64,000 bases of DNA from an uncultured Candidatus Saccharibacteria bacterium. Its GTDB lineage: Bacteria; Patescibacteriota; Minisyncoccia; Phycocordibacterales; CALRHW01. The translations under genes and the position numbers were made by a program. The DNA lies in contig CAYMIL010000002.1 of the NCBI GenBank assembly GCA_964390845.1, positions 108,593-172,592 on the forward strand. Direction: 5' to 3'. Numbering within the stretch: position 1 is the stretch's first letter; every line of letters begins with the position of its first letter. Below the pieces are notes generated by a model. The model worked only from the letters and a program-made list of their open reading frames with translations, did no database searches and was not told the origin of the DNA. Shown here one piece after another: positions 38,620 to 46,869 of this stretch.

Positions 38620-39156
38620 ATGACAAATCTTTTACCACAAGAACAACAGCGAGTCATAAGACGGGAATATGCATACCGTCGGACAATCGTTGCGCTCGGT
38701 GTTTTGGCATGTGCGGTGCTTGTGTCTGCCGGTTTTCTTGTGCCGTCATATATTCTCTCGGGAGTGAGGTTGCAAGAAGCAGAGCGTGCATCATTAACTA
38801 TGCGTGCGCAAGAAACTCCGCGTGGGCAGGAAGCGCTTGCGGTGCTTGCAGACACTCGTGCCAAAATCGCACTTCTTGCGGGTGATGAGGGGGCGACAGC
38901 AACCGATGTCGTCGACCGCATCACACGCAGAAAAACAGACAATATTAAAATTGGCTCAATTGTCTTTTCTCATAAAACAACAGACAACCCGGGCCTTATT
39001 ATGGTGACAGGTCTTGCAAAAGACAGAGAGAGTCTTACGTCGTTTTTGAAGAGCATTCAGTCTGATGTTTCGTTTTCATCTGCAAGTGTGCCGGTGTCCA
39101 ATTTTGCAAAAGACCGCGACATTCCATTTTCAATGGAAATAACGGGAGATTTTTAA
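38620..39156 (+). CDS. pilN: Type IV pilus assembly protein PilN-like
   Basis: Short cytoplasmic N-terminus, single TM (IVALGVLACAVLVSAGFLV), periplasmic domain; gene order. Confidence 0.6.
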   Translation: MTNLLPQEQQRVIRREYAYRRTIVALGVLACAVLVSAGFLVPSYILSGVRLQEAERASLTMRAQETPRGQEALAVLADTRAKIALLAGDEGATATDVVDRITRRKTDNIKIGSIVFSHKTTDNPGLIMVTGLAKDRESLTSFLKSIQSDVSFSSASVPVSNFAKDRDIPFSMEITGDF

Positions 39157-39161
39157 TTGCC

Positions 39162-39731
39162 ATGAAACTTTCTACTAAACAAATATTGATTGTCTCGATA
39201 CTGCTTGTGGTGGCAACACTGGTGGGGTACGCCTTTCTGCTCATGGACATTAAAAACAAAAATCAGAAAGCCTCCGCGCTCTTTGCTGAGATTGATCAGT
39301 ATGCCGAACACCAAGCAGAGCTTCGCGTGATGGATAAATTTGCCGAAAAGCTTCGGGGAGATATAGAAAAAATTGATTCATATTTTGTGCATAAGGATGA
39401 TGTGGTGTCGTTTATTGAAGTGCTTGAGGGTGCGGGAGCACGCGTGGGAGCAGATGTATCTATCGGTTCGATCACTCTCGAAGAGGCCCCAGCGGATGCA
39501 CCAGACACTGCAGAGAAATTGTTTGTTCGTGTTGACGCAAAGGGTTCGTGGAGTGCAGTAACAGCTTTTTTGTCTTCGGTAGAACACATGCCGTATCGTA
39601 TGTTTATCGACCGAGTTGCTGTTGAGAGAAATGCTCCGCCGGCGCCATTTTTTGCCTCTACTGAGGCGCCGGCGACAGAGAAGGGAGCATGGTCTGTTGT
39701 CTTTGATATGCGTGTCCTGACAACCAACTAA
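39162..39731 (+). CDS. pilO: Type IV pilus assembly protein PilO-like
   Basis: Single TM (ILIVSILLVVATLVGYAFLL), coiled-coil, then periplasmic domain; gene order. Confidence 0.55.
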   Translation: MKLSTKQILIVSILLVVATLVGYAFLLMDIKNKNQKASALFAEIDQYAEHQAELRVMDKFAEKLRGDIEKIDSYFVHKDDVVSFIEVLEGAGARVGADVSIGSITLEEAPADAPDTAEKLFVRVDAKGSWSAVTAFLSSVEHMPYRMFIDRVAVERNAPPAPFFASTEAPATEKGAWSVVFDMRVLTTN

Positions 39732-39736
39732 CACAT

Positions 39737-40063
39737 ATGAAATTTTCTTTTAACACTCTGAAAACAATATTCAAGCGCCATTCACACAGCGCTTCTCATG
39801 ATTTGTTCAACTCGCGTCGCGATTGGAAATATATATTATTGTGTGCGGGTTCTTTGGCGATTGCACTCGGCGTTCTCAGTGGGTATCTTTTCTTCAAAAT
39901 AAATCGTGGGGAATTATTTTTGCCTCAGCCACGCACCGACGAACAGTCTGTGCTGGTAAATGAAACAGTCGTACATGATACTGTACGACGTTTCGAAGAA
40001 AAGCGCGCCCTTTTTGAAGATACGCAGAAGAGTTCAGTTTCTTCAGCAGACCCTGCTCTATAA
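39737..40063 (+). CDS. Small bitopic membrane protein (possible PilP-like accessory)
   Basis: One TM (YILLCAGSLAIALGVLSGYLFF); 4-6 nt spacing within the pilMNO array. Confidence 0.4.
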   Translation: MKFSFNTLKTIFKRHSHSASHDLFNSRRDWKYILLCAGSLAIALGVLSGYLFFKINRGELFLPQPRTDEQSVLVNETVVHDTVRRFEEKRALFEDTQKSSVSSADPAL

Positions 40064-40066
40064 TTG

Positions 40067-40138
40067 TCCTCCCGGTAGGAATCGAACCCACATCAACGCC
40101 TTAGAAGAGCGCTGCTCTATCCATTGAGCTACGGGAAG
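40067..40138 (-). tRNA. tRNA-Arg (anticodon TCT)
   Basis: Acceptor CTTCCCG/CGGGAGG; anticodon loop CTTCTAA; T-loop TTCGATT; no encoded CCA. Confidence 0.85.
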
Positions 40139-40543
40139 ATATGCTAGATTATACCGTATCTATTATACATGTATGGAAGGCCTAGCCACACGAATGTAGC
40201 TAGGCCTGTGTGCGGAAAATAGGGAGGGGTGTCCTGCTTCAGGGTGGTGTTCCTCGCTTGTGATTTGCTTGCAGTCGTTGAGGAAGCCCCATGCTTCTCA
40301 AGGTGTTCTCCACCTCTCTCTTGCACGTTTCACACGTTGCGTGTTCGCGATCGCTGAGAGATGCCCATACGTGACCCATGGGCCAGTCGCGAGGAAGCTT
40401 CAAAGAGAATCTGCAGAGGGGTAGTCCCTCGTTGAGAATGTGAACAGTCCGTTCCATATGTCCTTTCTGCTGAAGGTGCGGTCGGTTTTGAAAATATCAC
40501 GTTTAAAACATACTGTAAAGGTTTGAGAAAGAGAGAGGGCGGT
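40139..40543. other. GC-rich ~400-nt non-coding tract between two tRNAs; candidate structured RNA or gene remnant
   Basis: No convincing ORF; multiple GC hairpins (e.g. AGGCCTAGC...GCTAGGCCT); GC visibly higher than flanks. Confidence 0.3.
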
Positions 40544-40618
40544 GGTGCGCGATGAGGGACTCGAACCCCCGACCTTATCGGTGTAAACGATCTGCTCTAC
40601 CAACTGAGCTAATCGCGC
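40544..40618 (-). tRNA. tRNA-Val (anticodon TAC), CCA encoded
   Basis: Acceptor GCGCGAT/ATCGCGC; anticodon loop TTTACAC; T-loop TTCGAGT. Confidence 0.85.
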
Positions 40619-40685
40619 ATGTGGGCTAACAATAAACTATTCATGGGTTTTTTTCAATATCAACCCTCGTGCTATGATGCATTTT

Positions 40686-41411
40686 ATGAAGATAGATATT
40701 TTGTTTGAAAATGACCGATACGTCATCATCAACAAGCCCGCAGGACTCGTGGTGCATGCTGATGGCAAGACTATAGAGCCCAACGTTGCAGAATGGTTTG
40801 CTCAACAGTACCCAGCCTCATCGCAGGTAGGGGAACCTCTCGTTCTCTCAAGTGGTGAGGTGATAGCACGCCCGGGTATTGTGCATCGTATCGACCGAGA
40901 GACATCTGGCGTGCTCGTGCTTGCTCGTACGCCCGAAGCATTTGCACACCTCAAAGGCCATTTTCAGTCTCGTGATGTCGACAAGACATACCATGTGTTT
41001 GTGTACGGTAATGTAAAAAAAGACTACGACACCATCGATCGACCGATTGGCCGAAGCCGAAAAGATTTTCGCATGTGGTCTGCACAACGTCTCGCTCGTG
41101 GCGAACTGCGTGAAGCGATTACCGACTATGCTGTCATTGCTCGTGGAGAGAAGGCGACCTTTCTTGAGGCAAAACCACATACGGGGCGTACCCACCAGAT
41201 CCGTGTCCACTTTAAAGCGATCAACCACCCCGTTGTCTGTGACAAACTCTACGCCCCAAAGCATCCGCCACTTTTCGGTCTCGACCGTCTTGCTCTTCAT
41301 GCTCGGTCCATTGCCTTTGCAGACATCGATGGCTCTACCATTTCTGTTACGGCACCATACCCAGAGGATTTTGAGCGCGCTGTCAGCGCTATGCAGGGGG
41401 AGCGGGCATAA
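40686..41411 (+). CDS. rluA: RluA-family pseudouridine synthase
   Basis: Catalytic HRIDRETSGVLVLA motif; YVIINKPAGLVVH. Confidence 0.85.
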   Translation: MKIDILFENDRYVIINKPAGLVVHADGKTIEPNVAEWFAQQYPASSQVGEPLVLSSGEVIARPGIVHRIDRETSGVLVLARTPEAFAHLKGHFQSRDVDKTYHVFVYGNVKKDYDTIDRPIGRSRKDFRMWSAQRLARGELREAITDYAVIARGEKATFLEAKPHTGRTHQIRVHFKAINHPVVCDKLYAPKHPPLFGLDRLALHARSIAFADIDGSTISVTAPYPEDFERAVSAMQGERA

Positions 41412-41454
41412 TACTTGCTAAACACAAAGCCCTGTGTTAGATTAATCGCTACTT

Positions 41455-41886
41455 ATGAATATGCATTCCATGACCATTTCTCCGGTCGTTGCCGAGCGAA
41501 AAAAGCTCGATATCCGAGCGGGTGATACTGTAAAAGTCTGGCAAAAGATCCAGGAAAAAGGAAAGACACGCCTTCAGATGTTCGACGGTCTTGTTCTTGC
41601 TGTAAAGCACGGAAAGGAGGCGGGCGGCACCTTCACTGTTCGAAAAGTTGCTTCAGGTGTTGGTGTAGAAAAGATTTTTCCAATCTACTCTCCAATGATT
41701 GATAAGATTGAGGTCGTAAAGCGAGCAAAGGTTCGCCGAGGCAAGCTCTATCATGTCCGACACGAAGCGGCAAAGGCTATCAAGCGACAGATGCGAAACC
41801 TTCGCGTCCTTCCTCCACAGGAAGTAGCGAGCGAAGAGCCTGCTCCCGAAGCTTCTGTAGAAGCAGAGGTAAAACCAGAAGAGTAA
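41455..41886 (+). CDS. rplS: 50S ribosomal protein L19 (with C-terminal extension)
   Basis: RAGDTVKVWQKIQEKGKTRLQMFDGLVLAVKHG...FTVRK typical of L19. Confidence 0.9.
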   Translation: MNMHSMTISPVVAERKKLDIRAGDTVKVWQKIQEKGKTRLQMFDGLVLAVKHGKEAGGTFTVRKVASGVGVEKIFPIYSPMIDKIEVVKRAKVRRGKLYHVRHEAAKAIKRQMRNLRVLPPQEVASEEPAPEASVEAEVKPEE

Positions 41887-41992
41887 TCGCAACTACTACG
41901 AGACGGCCACGGGCCGTTTTTCGTTTGTCTTGAAAGTTGGGGGATTATTGGGTATAGTGTGCAAACAGTCGCGCGGAGTTCGCGCGGTGTAT

Positions 41993-42074
41993 GCGCGGGT
42001 GGCGAAATTGGTAGACGCACTACCTTGAGGTGGTAGCGCCTTCGGGCATGGAGGTTCAAATCCTCTCCCGCGCA
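41993..42074 (+). tRNA. tRNA-Leu (anticodon GAG)
   Basis: Acceptor GCGCGGG/CCCGCGC; anticodon loop TTGAGGT; long variable arm; T-loop TTCAAAT. Confidence 0.85.
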
Positions 42075-42083
42075 CAATTTTTT

Positions 42084-42113
42084 GGGCCGCGTCCGTCGCG
42101 GACGGCGCGGCCC
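42084..42113. repeat. Near-perfect 30-nt GC palindrome between tRNA-Leu and tRNA-His
   Basis: GGGCCGCGTCCGTCGCGGACGGCGCGGCCC. Confidence 0.6.
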
Positions 42114-42124
42114 TTAAAATATAT

Positions 42125-42199
42125 GGTGGCTATAGTTTAGTGGTAAAACTTCGGTTTGTGGAGCCGATATCGAGAGTTCGATTCTCTCTAGCCACCCCA
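42125..42199 (+). tRNA. tRNA-His (anticodon GTG) with encoded G-1 and CCA
   Basis: G-1 pairs with C73; acceptor GTGGCTA/TAGCCAC; anticodon loop TTGTGGA; T-loop TCGATTC. Confidence 0.9.
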
Positions 42200-43783
42200 T
42201 CGTAGAAGAAGAGATGCAAAAGCTGCATTTCGTGCCTCAGCTGAAAGGTATTTTTGCAGTTCCAACCGACGATATTCAGCTTCAAGCTCTGGATAGGCTT
42301 TTTCTATTGGAATTAGCCAATCGTTCTTATGAATCCTCACTATTTTGTCTTTTATTGAAAAGTTCCAACCAAGTGCGGAGAATATCTCTCGTTTCTTCTC
42401 CAAGGTCCCTGAAGCGTAGGTTTCTCGTGCATAGCAAGCAAAGTTAAAAGTCTTCTCTGAAAGTTCTAACCATTTTTCCGCTCGGTTCTCTGTGGTCCGT
42501 AAATTGGTCTGTAGCTTGGTCAGCTTATTCTTTAAATCGTCACGCTCCTTAACAAAGGTCGCATCATCGATTAATTCTCGGTAACGCATCTTAGTCAGCG
42601 TATCGATCTCTTTTTGAGTTTCGGCGACAGCTTTATGCTGCGTTTCGTAAACTTTGGTCCGGTCTTCTATTTCTTTATCATTTTCTCGGTTAAGAATTTC
42701 CAGTGCCCAATCTTTGAATTTTGGAAGGATGGTGTAGCGTTCAAGTTCAATATCGACCTGTTTTTCTAGTTCACTAAGAGTAATAGGATTTCGCTGTGAG
42801 CAATTTGTGCCTTTCTTGCGACGGGTGCAGTGATAGTAAACATACTTCTCAAATTTTCCTGTTTTCTTTACATACTTACTTTTCTCACTAGCCGTATACA
42901 TCGAGCCGCATTCTTCACAGTAAATAAGACCAGTGTATGCAAATTCGTGAGTTTGACTTCGAGGCTTTCCATTGCGACCCATGATGGCCTGGACCCGATC
43001 AAACTCCTCAAGGCTAATCATGGGCTTATGGTTGCCCTTATACAGCTTTCCAGCCCATTCAAACATGCCGGTGTAGAAGATATTGGTGAAGATCTTATAA
43101 ATCATGCTATTCGCAAGCTCACCACCACCGCTTCGTTTTGTTTTTGGAGTTCTGAAACCCCATTTATCATTCGCAACCTTTAAAATTTGAGGAGGCGTGT
43201 AATTTCCCGTAAGCATTGTGTCCCACATCTTTCGGACCAAATCAAAACGATCTTTATCTTCAATAATCGTATGTTCAAGTTTGTCATTCAAATATCCCAT
43301 CGGAGCACGAGAGGGTAACCAGCCTCGATCAGCCTTTCCTTCCATACCGCGTCTGCTATTTTTGCGTAGGTCGATAATAAATTGGTTAGCCATTCCGCTT
43401 TCAACATTGAAAAGAAGAACATTGTCATCAGGTAAATATTGACGATCAATAGTTTGAATACATTTTAAAATTCCTTGCTGCAACATCCAGCTGATAGTTC
43501 CGCTATCGATAGGATTTCGAGAAAGACGATTGATTTGCCAACAGAGGATTCCATCAGCTTCACCTTTCTCAATGCGTTTAAGCATGTCATCAAACACAGG
43601 ACGGCAATAGGGTTTCTTGGCTGATTTAGCCTCGGTTAAAACCTCCTTAATCGTAATACCAAGGGTATTTGCCAGTTCCTTGAGTCGGTTTACTTGGTCC
43701 TCAATAGACTGGACCTGCCGGTCCTCACTTTCAGAGGATTTTCTGGCGTATATGTAGAGTATCCGTGGTGTATTTTGGCTCAT
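42188..43783 (-). CDS. Large serine recombinase (integrase)
   Basis: Resolvase N-domain ILYIYARKSSESEDRQ (catalytic Ser); recombinase domain; Zn-ribbon CEECGS...YYHCTRR; coiled-coil C-terminus. Confidence 0.9.
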   Translation of the reverse strand: MSQNTPRILYIYARKSSESEDRQVQSIEDQVNRLKELANTLGITIKEVLTEAKSAKKPYCRPVFDDMLKRIEKGEADGILCWQINRLSRNPIDSGTISWMLQQGILKCIQTIDRQYLPDDNVLLFNVESGMANQFIIDLRKNSRRGMEGKADRGWLPSRAPMGYLNDKLEHTIIEDKDRFDLVRKMWDTMLTGNYTPPQILKVANDKWGFRTPKTKRSGGGELANSMIYKIFTNIFYTGMFEWAGKLYKGNHKPMISLEEFDRVQAIMGRNGKPRSQTHEFAYTGLIYCEECGSMYTASEKSKYVKKTGKFEKYVYYHCTRRKKGTNCSQRNPITLSELEKQVDIELERYTILPKFKDWALEILNRENDKEIEDRTKVYETQHKAVAETQKEIDTLTKMRYRELIDDATFVKERDDLKNKLTKLQTNLRTTENRAEKWLELSEKTFNFACYARETYASGTLEKKREIFSALGWNFSIKDKIVRIHKNDWLIPIEKAYPELEAEYRRLELQKYLSAEARNAAFASLLLRWGG

Positions 43784-43789
43784 AGTAAT

Positions 43790-44725
43790 TTATCCGGCTG
43801 CACCTGCACTTATATCCTCGTCCCTGATGTTATTTAAGTAAAGAGGATTTATGTCTTCTTCCGCTTTTTTCCGCTCTATTTCGTCTAACTCATCCCGTTT
43901 TTCACCGTTTTTTAACGGCTGGATGATATCAGAATTGTTATCATTTGCTTCCCGTAAATTTGCCGTATTTACGGGTTCAATGGTATCAATATTGATACTA
44001 CTCCGATCATCCCTTTTATTCTCATTATTTTCCCTAATTTGGTCTAATTTTCCCACAGGTTCCGCTTGTCTCCAAGGTGGTACATGGTTCATATTGCCGG
44101 AAGGGTTGGGAATAGCAAGCCTCTGCCTTTTATTGATATTCATCTGGTCAGCTAGGGACCGCATTCGGTTATTTAACTCTTTAGGATAATTATTATTTAG
44201 GTTAGTTAGAGTATCACTTTCGCTGCTTTTTACAGAATTATCATTGGGTTTGATATCATTATTTCTTCCTTTTTGATATCTTCCTTTCCAAGTTGATAGC
44301 TTAATGCGCGGCGAGGTTTCATCTAAAGATTTCCAAAAGATTGAACTTTGGAATGCGTAAAGGTTGGACCGGCCAAAACCAGCTTGACCCCTTTGAACAA
44401 TAATAATTCCATGATCCTCAAGAATTTGAATGGCTTTACTTATGCTGGTCGGATTTTTCTCTCCAGTATATTTTTTCAGACGTTTAATACTAGGGAAAGC
44501 ACCTTGCGTCTCAGTATTGCCATGTCTCAAAAGAACATCTAAAACAGCACCGCAAAGTCTTGGGAGCTTTGCCACATACCATCCATCAACATACTCGTTA
44601 TCTACAAAGTAACGAGTTGGTTTATCTTTTGGACGGAGTCGATCAAAGGGAATATCACGCAATAGGCTTGCGGCTCTCATTCTCTTGCGATCCTTCCACG
44701 AATTGGGGTCTGGATTCCAGGTCAT
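43790..44725 (-). CDS. Winged-helix DNA-binding protein (possible element replication/regulatory protein)
   Basis: wHTH-like segment GAVLDVLLRHGNTETQGAFPSIKRLKKYTGEKNPTSISKAIQILEDHGIIIV; N/D/K-rich low-complexity C-terminal half. Confidence 0.4.
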   Translation of the reverse strand: MTWNPDPNSWKDRKRMRAASLLRDIPFDRLRPKDKPTRYFVDNEYVDGWYVAKLPRLCGAVLDVLLRHGNTETQGAFPSIKRLKKYTGEKNPTSISKAIQILEDHGIIIVQRGQAGFGRSNLYAFQSSIFWKSLDETSPRIKLSTWKGRYQKGRNNDIKPNDNSVKSSESDTLTNLNNNYPKELNNRMRSLADQMNINKRQRLAIPNPSGNMNHVPPWRQAEPVGKLDQIRENNENKRDDRSSINIDTIEPVNTANLREANDNNSDIIQPLKNGEKRDELDEIERKKAEEDINPLYLNNIRDEDISAGAAG

Positions 44726-44939
44726 CTTGGGTAATTTTATTGATTAATAAAGGGAGCGTAGCTACTCTGTGTTTCTGAATCTTTTCAAATTGTTCTTTGG
44801 TCATCGGCCGATAGATGGCAGACATAAGCCGCACAAGTTTGATACCTTGCTCGTAGGCTTGTTCAGCACTTATTTCTTTACCGAACTCACTTCGGTAGAG
44901 TGCCTGAAACTTTGCAATGTCTGCATCGGTCAGGACCAT
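44655..44939 (-). CDS. Hypothetical small protein (element)
   Basis: 94-aa ORF, no motif recognised; overlaps downstream gene start. Confidence 0.3.
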   Translation of the reverse strand: MVLTDADIAKFQALYRSEFGKEISAEQAYEQGIKLVRLMSAIYRPMTKEQFEKIQKHRVATLPLLINKITQDDLESRPQFVEGSQENESRKPIA

Positions 44940-44941
44940 AG

Positions 44942-45214
44942 CTATTCCGAGTAAAGTTTGTTCTTGAGAGCCTTGATGCTGTCAAAGAACGACCGAGCTT
45001 TGACTTTCAGTTGGTCTGAAAAATATTGATTGGCATATCTATCAATTTCTGCTTCTCGTTTGAATACGAAAAGAGCCTTGCGAGGATCGTCTCGGTCCAA
45101 GCGGATAAGCTTGTAACCCAGGCACATGAGTGCCGCCGATACTCCAAGGTCATAGGTTGTGAACACATCTGGTCCGTCAGCTTCGGGCTGGGACCAACTC
45201 CGTTTTTTAATCAT
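44942..45214 (-). CDS. Hypothetical small protein (element)
   Basis: 90-aa ORF directly abutting the upstream gene; no motif recognised. Confidence 0.4.
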   Translation of the reverse strand: MIKKRSWSQPEADGPDVFTTYDLGVSAALMCLGYKLIRLDRDDPRKALFVFKREAEIDRYANQYFSDQLKVKARSFFDSIKALKNKLYSE

Positions 45215-45340
45215 GAGTAATATTGTTAGTTAGTAATTAATGCTCTAAACAAAAAAGCCAAAGCATTACGCTCTGACTTTATTCGTCCGAAAGAGAAAGG
45301 TGGACGGAACGACTATGGGTTTAATGTGGCCTCAATGTGA

Positions 45341-45931
45341 TCATGCAATCAGCTTGTAGCCCAAGCCCTTAATATTCTTGATGATGTCTTTATTTTTAGC
45401 TTTCTTGGCTGGAAGGATTCCAAGCGCTTGCTTGAGATTTCGCATAACAAAAGTGAGATTGCGCTTGGTTGTTTTGGAAACTGAATCGCCGATGATGTCA
45501 GTATAGGCAACTTGATGATTTTTGGCAGTGGCGAGCTTGAGGAGAGTCTCGAACTCCTGACTCTTTGGGTTAAAGATAGCTTCAACTGTATTCAGACGGA
45601 CTGCAGCAGTAACTTTATCAATGGAGAGAATATTAGTCCCAATTTCGATTGTAATAACGTCGATATCATCTTTATTTTCATTCAAATAGTTGGCGAAGGT
45701 GCTTATAACCCAGAAACAAACAGCATTACCGATGACAGTCAGATTATTTATAAGACCTTCTTGTTCGAGCTTTTGTAAAACAATGATTTGCTCCCTTACG
45801 GGAAATAGCGGTTGCTCCTTGAGCTGCAATCGTAAAACACCAGCAGGACTTATTTGGGCTCTTTCATGGATTAAAACTTTGATGAATTGTATCTTCTGGA
45901 CCGGCGTCATCGTAATAGTAATTTGATACAA
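45341..45931 (-). CDS. DNA-binding protein with C-terminal OmpR/PhoB-type winged helix
   Basis: C-terminus NLKQALGILP...DIIKNIKGLGYKLIA resembles the trans_reg_C motif (RGVGYRL). Confidence 0.4.
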   Translation of the reverse strand: MYQITITMTPVQKIQFIKVLIHERAQISPAGVLRLQLKEQPLFPVREQIIVLQKLEQEGLINNLTVIGNAVCFWVISTFANYLNENKDDIDVITIEIGTNILSIDKVTAAVRLNTVEAIFNPKSQEFETLLKLATAKNHQVAYTDIIGDSVSKTTKRNLTFVMRNLKQALGILPAKKAKNKDIIKNIKGLGYKLIA

Positions 45932-46059
45932 ATCTACAATGAATTCATCATTTTTCCAAACACTAAAATTTAGCCCCTTCGCCTTTCCTACCTCTTTTAT
46001 TTCAATTACAAAGTCAGCTGTTTAGATTTCTGTTGTGAGTGAAAATTAAAAAACACAAA

Positions 46060-46458
46060 CTAACCTTTCTCAGCAAACTTTTTTACCTGTCTCTCTAATC
46101 TTTTAATACTCTCCTGAATCTCCGCAAGGGTAATGACCTCCTCTTCGATAAGCTCCTCGGTCTTTTCCTCGAGCTTTTTCTCGTGTCTTAACCCAGAGAG
46201 GATGATTCTGTCACCGATGAATACAGAAACCATCAGGCCTGTGAGCAGGAGAAGCGATGTCGAGATGACAATCTGGACCGGCGGATAGAATAACACCTCA
46301 AGTACAGGGTGATTGAGACTCATCAGCATATCCGCTGTTTCCCAAACGGCTCTCCAAAAGAGAACTACGCCTATACCGCCGATAATAGAGTAGATTATCG
46401 GATGCCTGGACAGGCACTCTCTGATTAAGTCTTCAAGTTTGTCGAAAAATTTCGTCAT
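46060..46458 (-). CDS. Membrane protein with C-terminal coiled coil (element)
   Basis: Two hydrophobic helices then EEKTEELIEEEVITLAEIQESIKRLERQVKK. Confidence 0.4.
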   Translation of the reverse strand: MTKFFDKLEDLIRECLSRHPIIYSIIGGIGVVLFWRAVWETADMLMSLNHPVLEVLFYPPVQIVISTSLLLLTGLMVSVFIGDRIILSGLRHEKKLEEKTEELIEEEVITLAEIQESIKRLERQVKKFAEKG

Positions 46459-46462
46459 TTGA

Positions 46463-46858
46463 TTATTTTTGCTCGGTTAAGAATTTCTCTTTAGTGTTTT
46501 TTGTCGGCGATACGTCATGTATCTCTTCGGGAGTAAGAATAATGAGACCTTTAACAACTCGGTCTGGAAGTATAGATTTTATCCATTTCACCGCTTCGTC
46601 AAAATCCTCGCCCTCCGTCACATAAGATGTCTTGCCTTTAATTTGGTATCCCATCATTTTTCTCCAGCAGACGAGTGCCACTTTCTCATCTTCCAAAATA
46701 TTGGAGAGGGTTTTATCCATAAAATAATTAATAAGCCAGATTTTACCATTTACTATTTTAATGGACGAAACAGGGACGACGTTTAGATTGCCGTTTGCGT
46801 ATGTCGCCAGAGCTTTTGCTTCGGCAGAGAGTATAAATTCTTCAATATGTTTTTCCAT
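46463..46858 (-). CDS. Pyridoxamine 5'-phosphate oxidase-like FMN-binding split-barrel protein
   Basis: ~130 aa; pattern resembling PNPOx family (ALATYANGNLNVVPVSSIKIV...KVALVCW); directly downstream of nrdA. Confidence 0.45.
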   Translation of the reverse strand: MEKHIEEFILSAEAKALATYANGNLNVVPVSSIKIVNGKIWLINYFMDKTLSNILEDEKVALVCWRKMMGYQIKGKTSYVTEGEDFDEAVKWIKSILPDRVVKGLIILTPEEIHDVSPTKNTKEKFLTEQK

Positions 46859-46869
46859 ATATTTAATAT

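Noticed and set aside
40239-40457. 72-aa minus-strand ORF inside the GC-rich tRNA-flanked tract
   Set aside because: No RBS or motif, embedded in hairpin-dense sequence; kept only as part of the candidate-RNA observation
42084-42113. Palindrome as rho-independent terminator
   Set aside because: No T-run follows on either strand; more likely a processing or protein-binding structure between tRNAs
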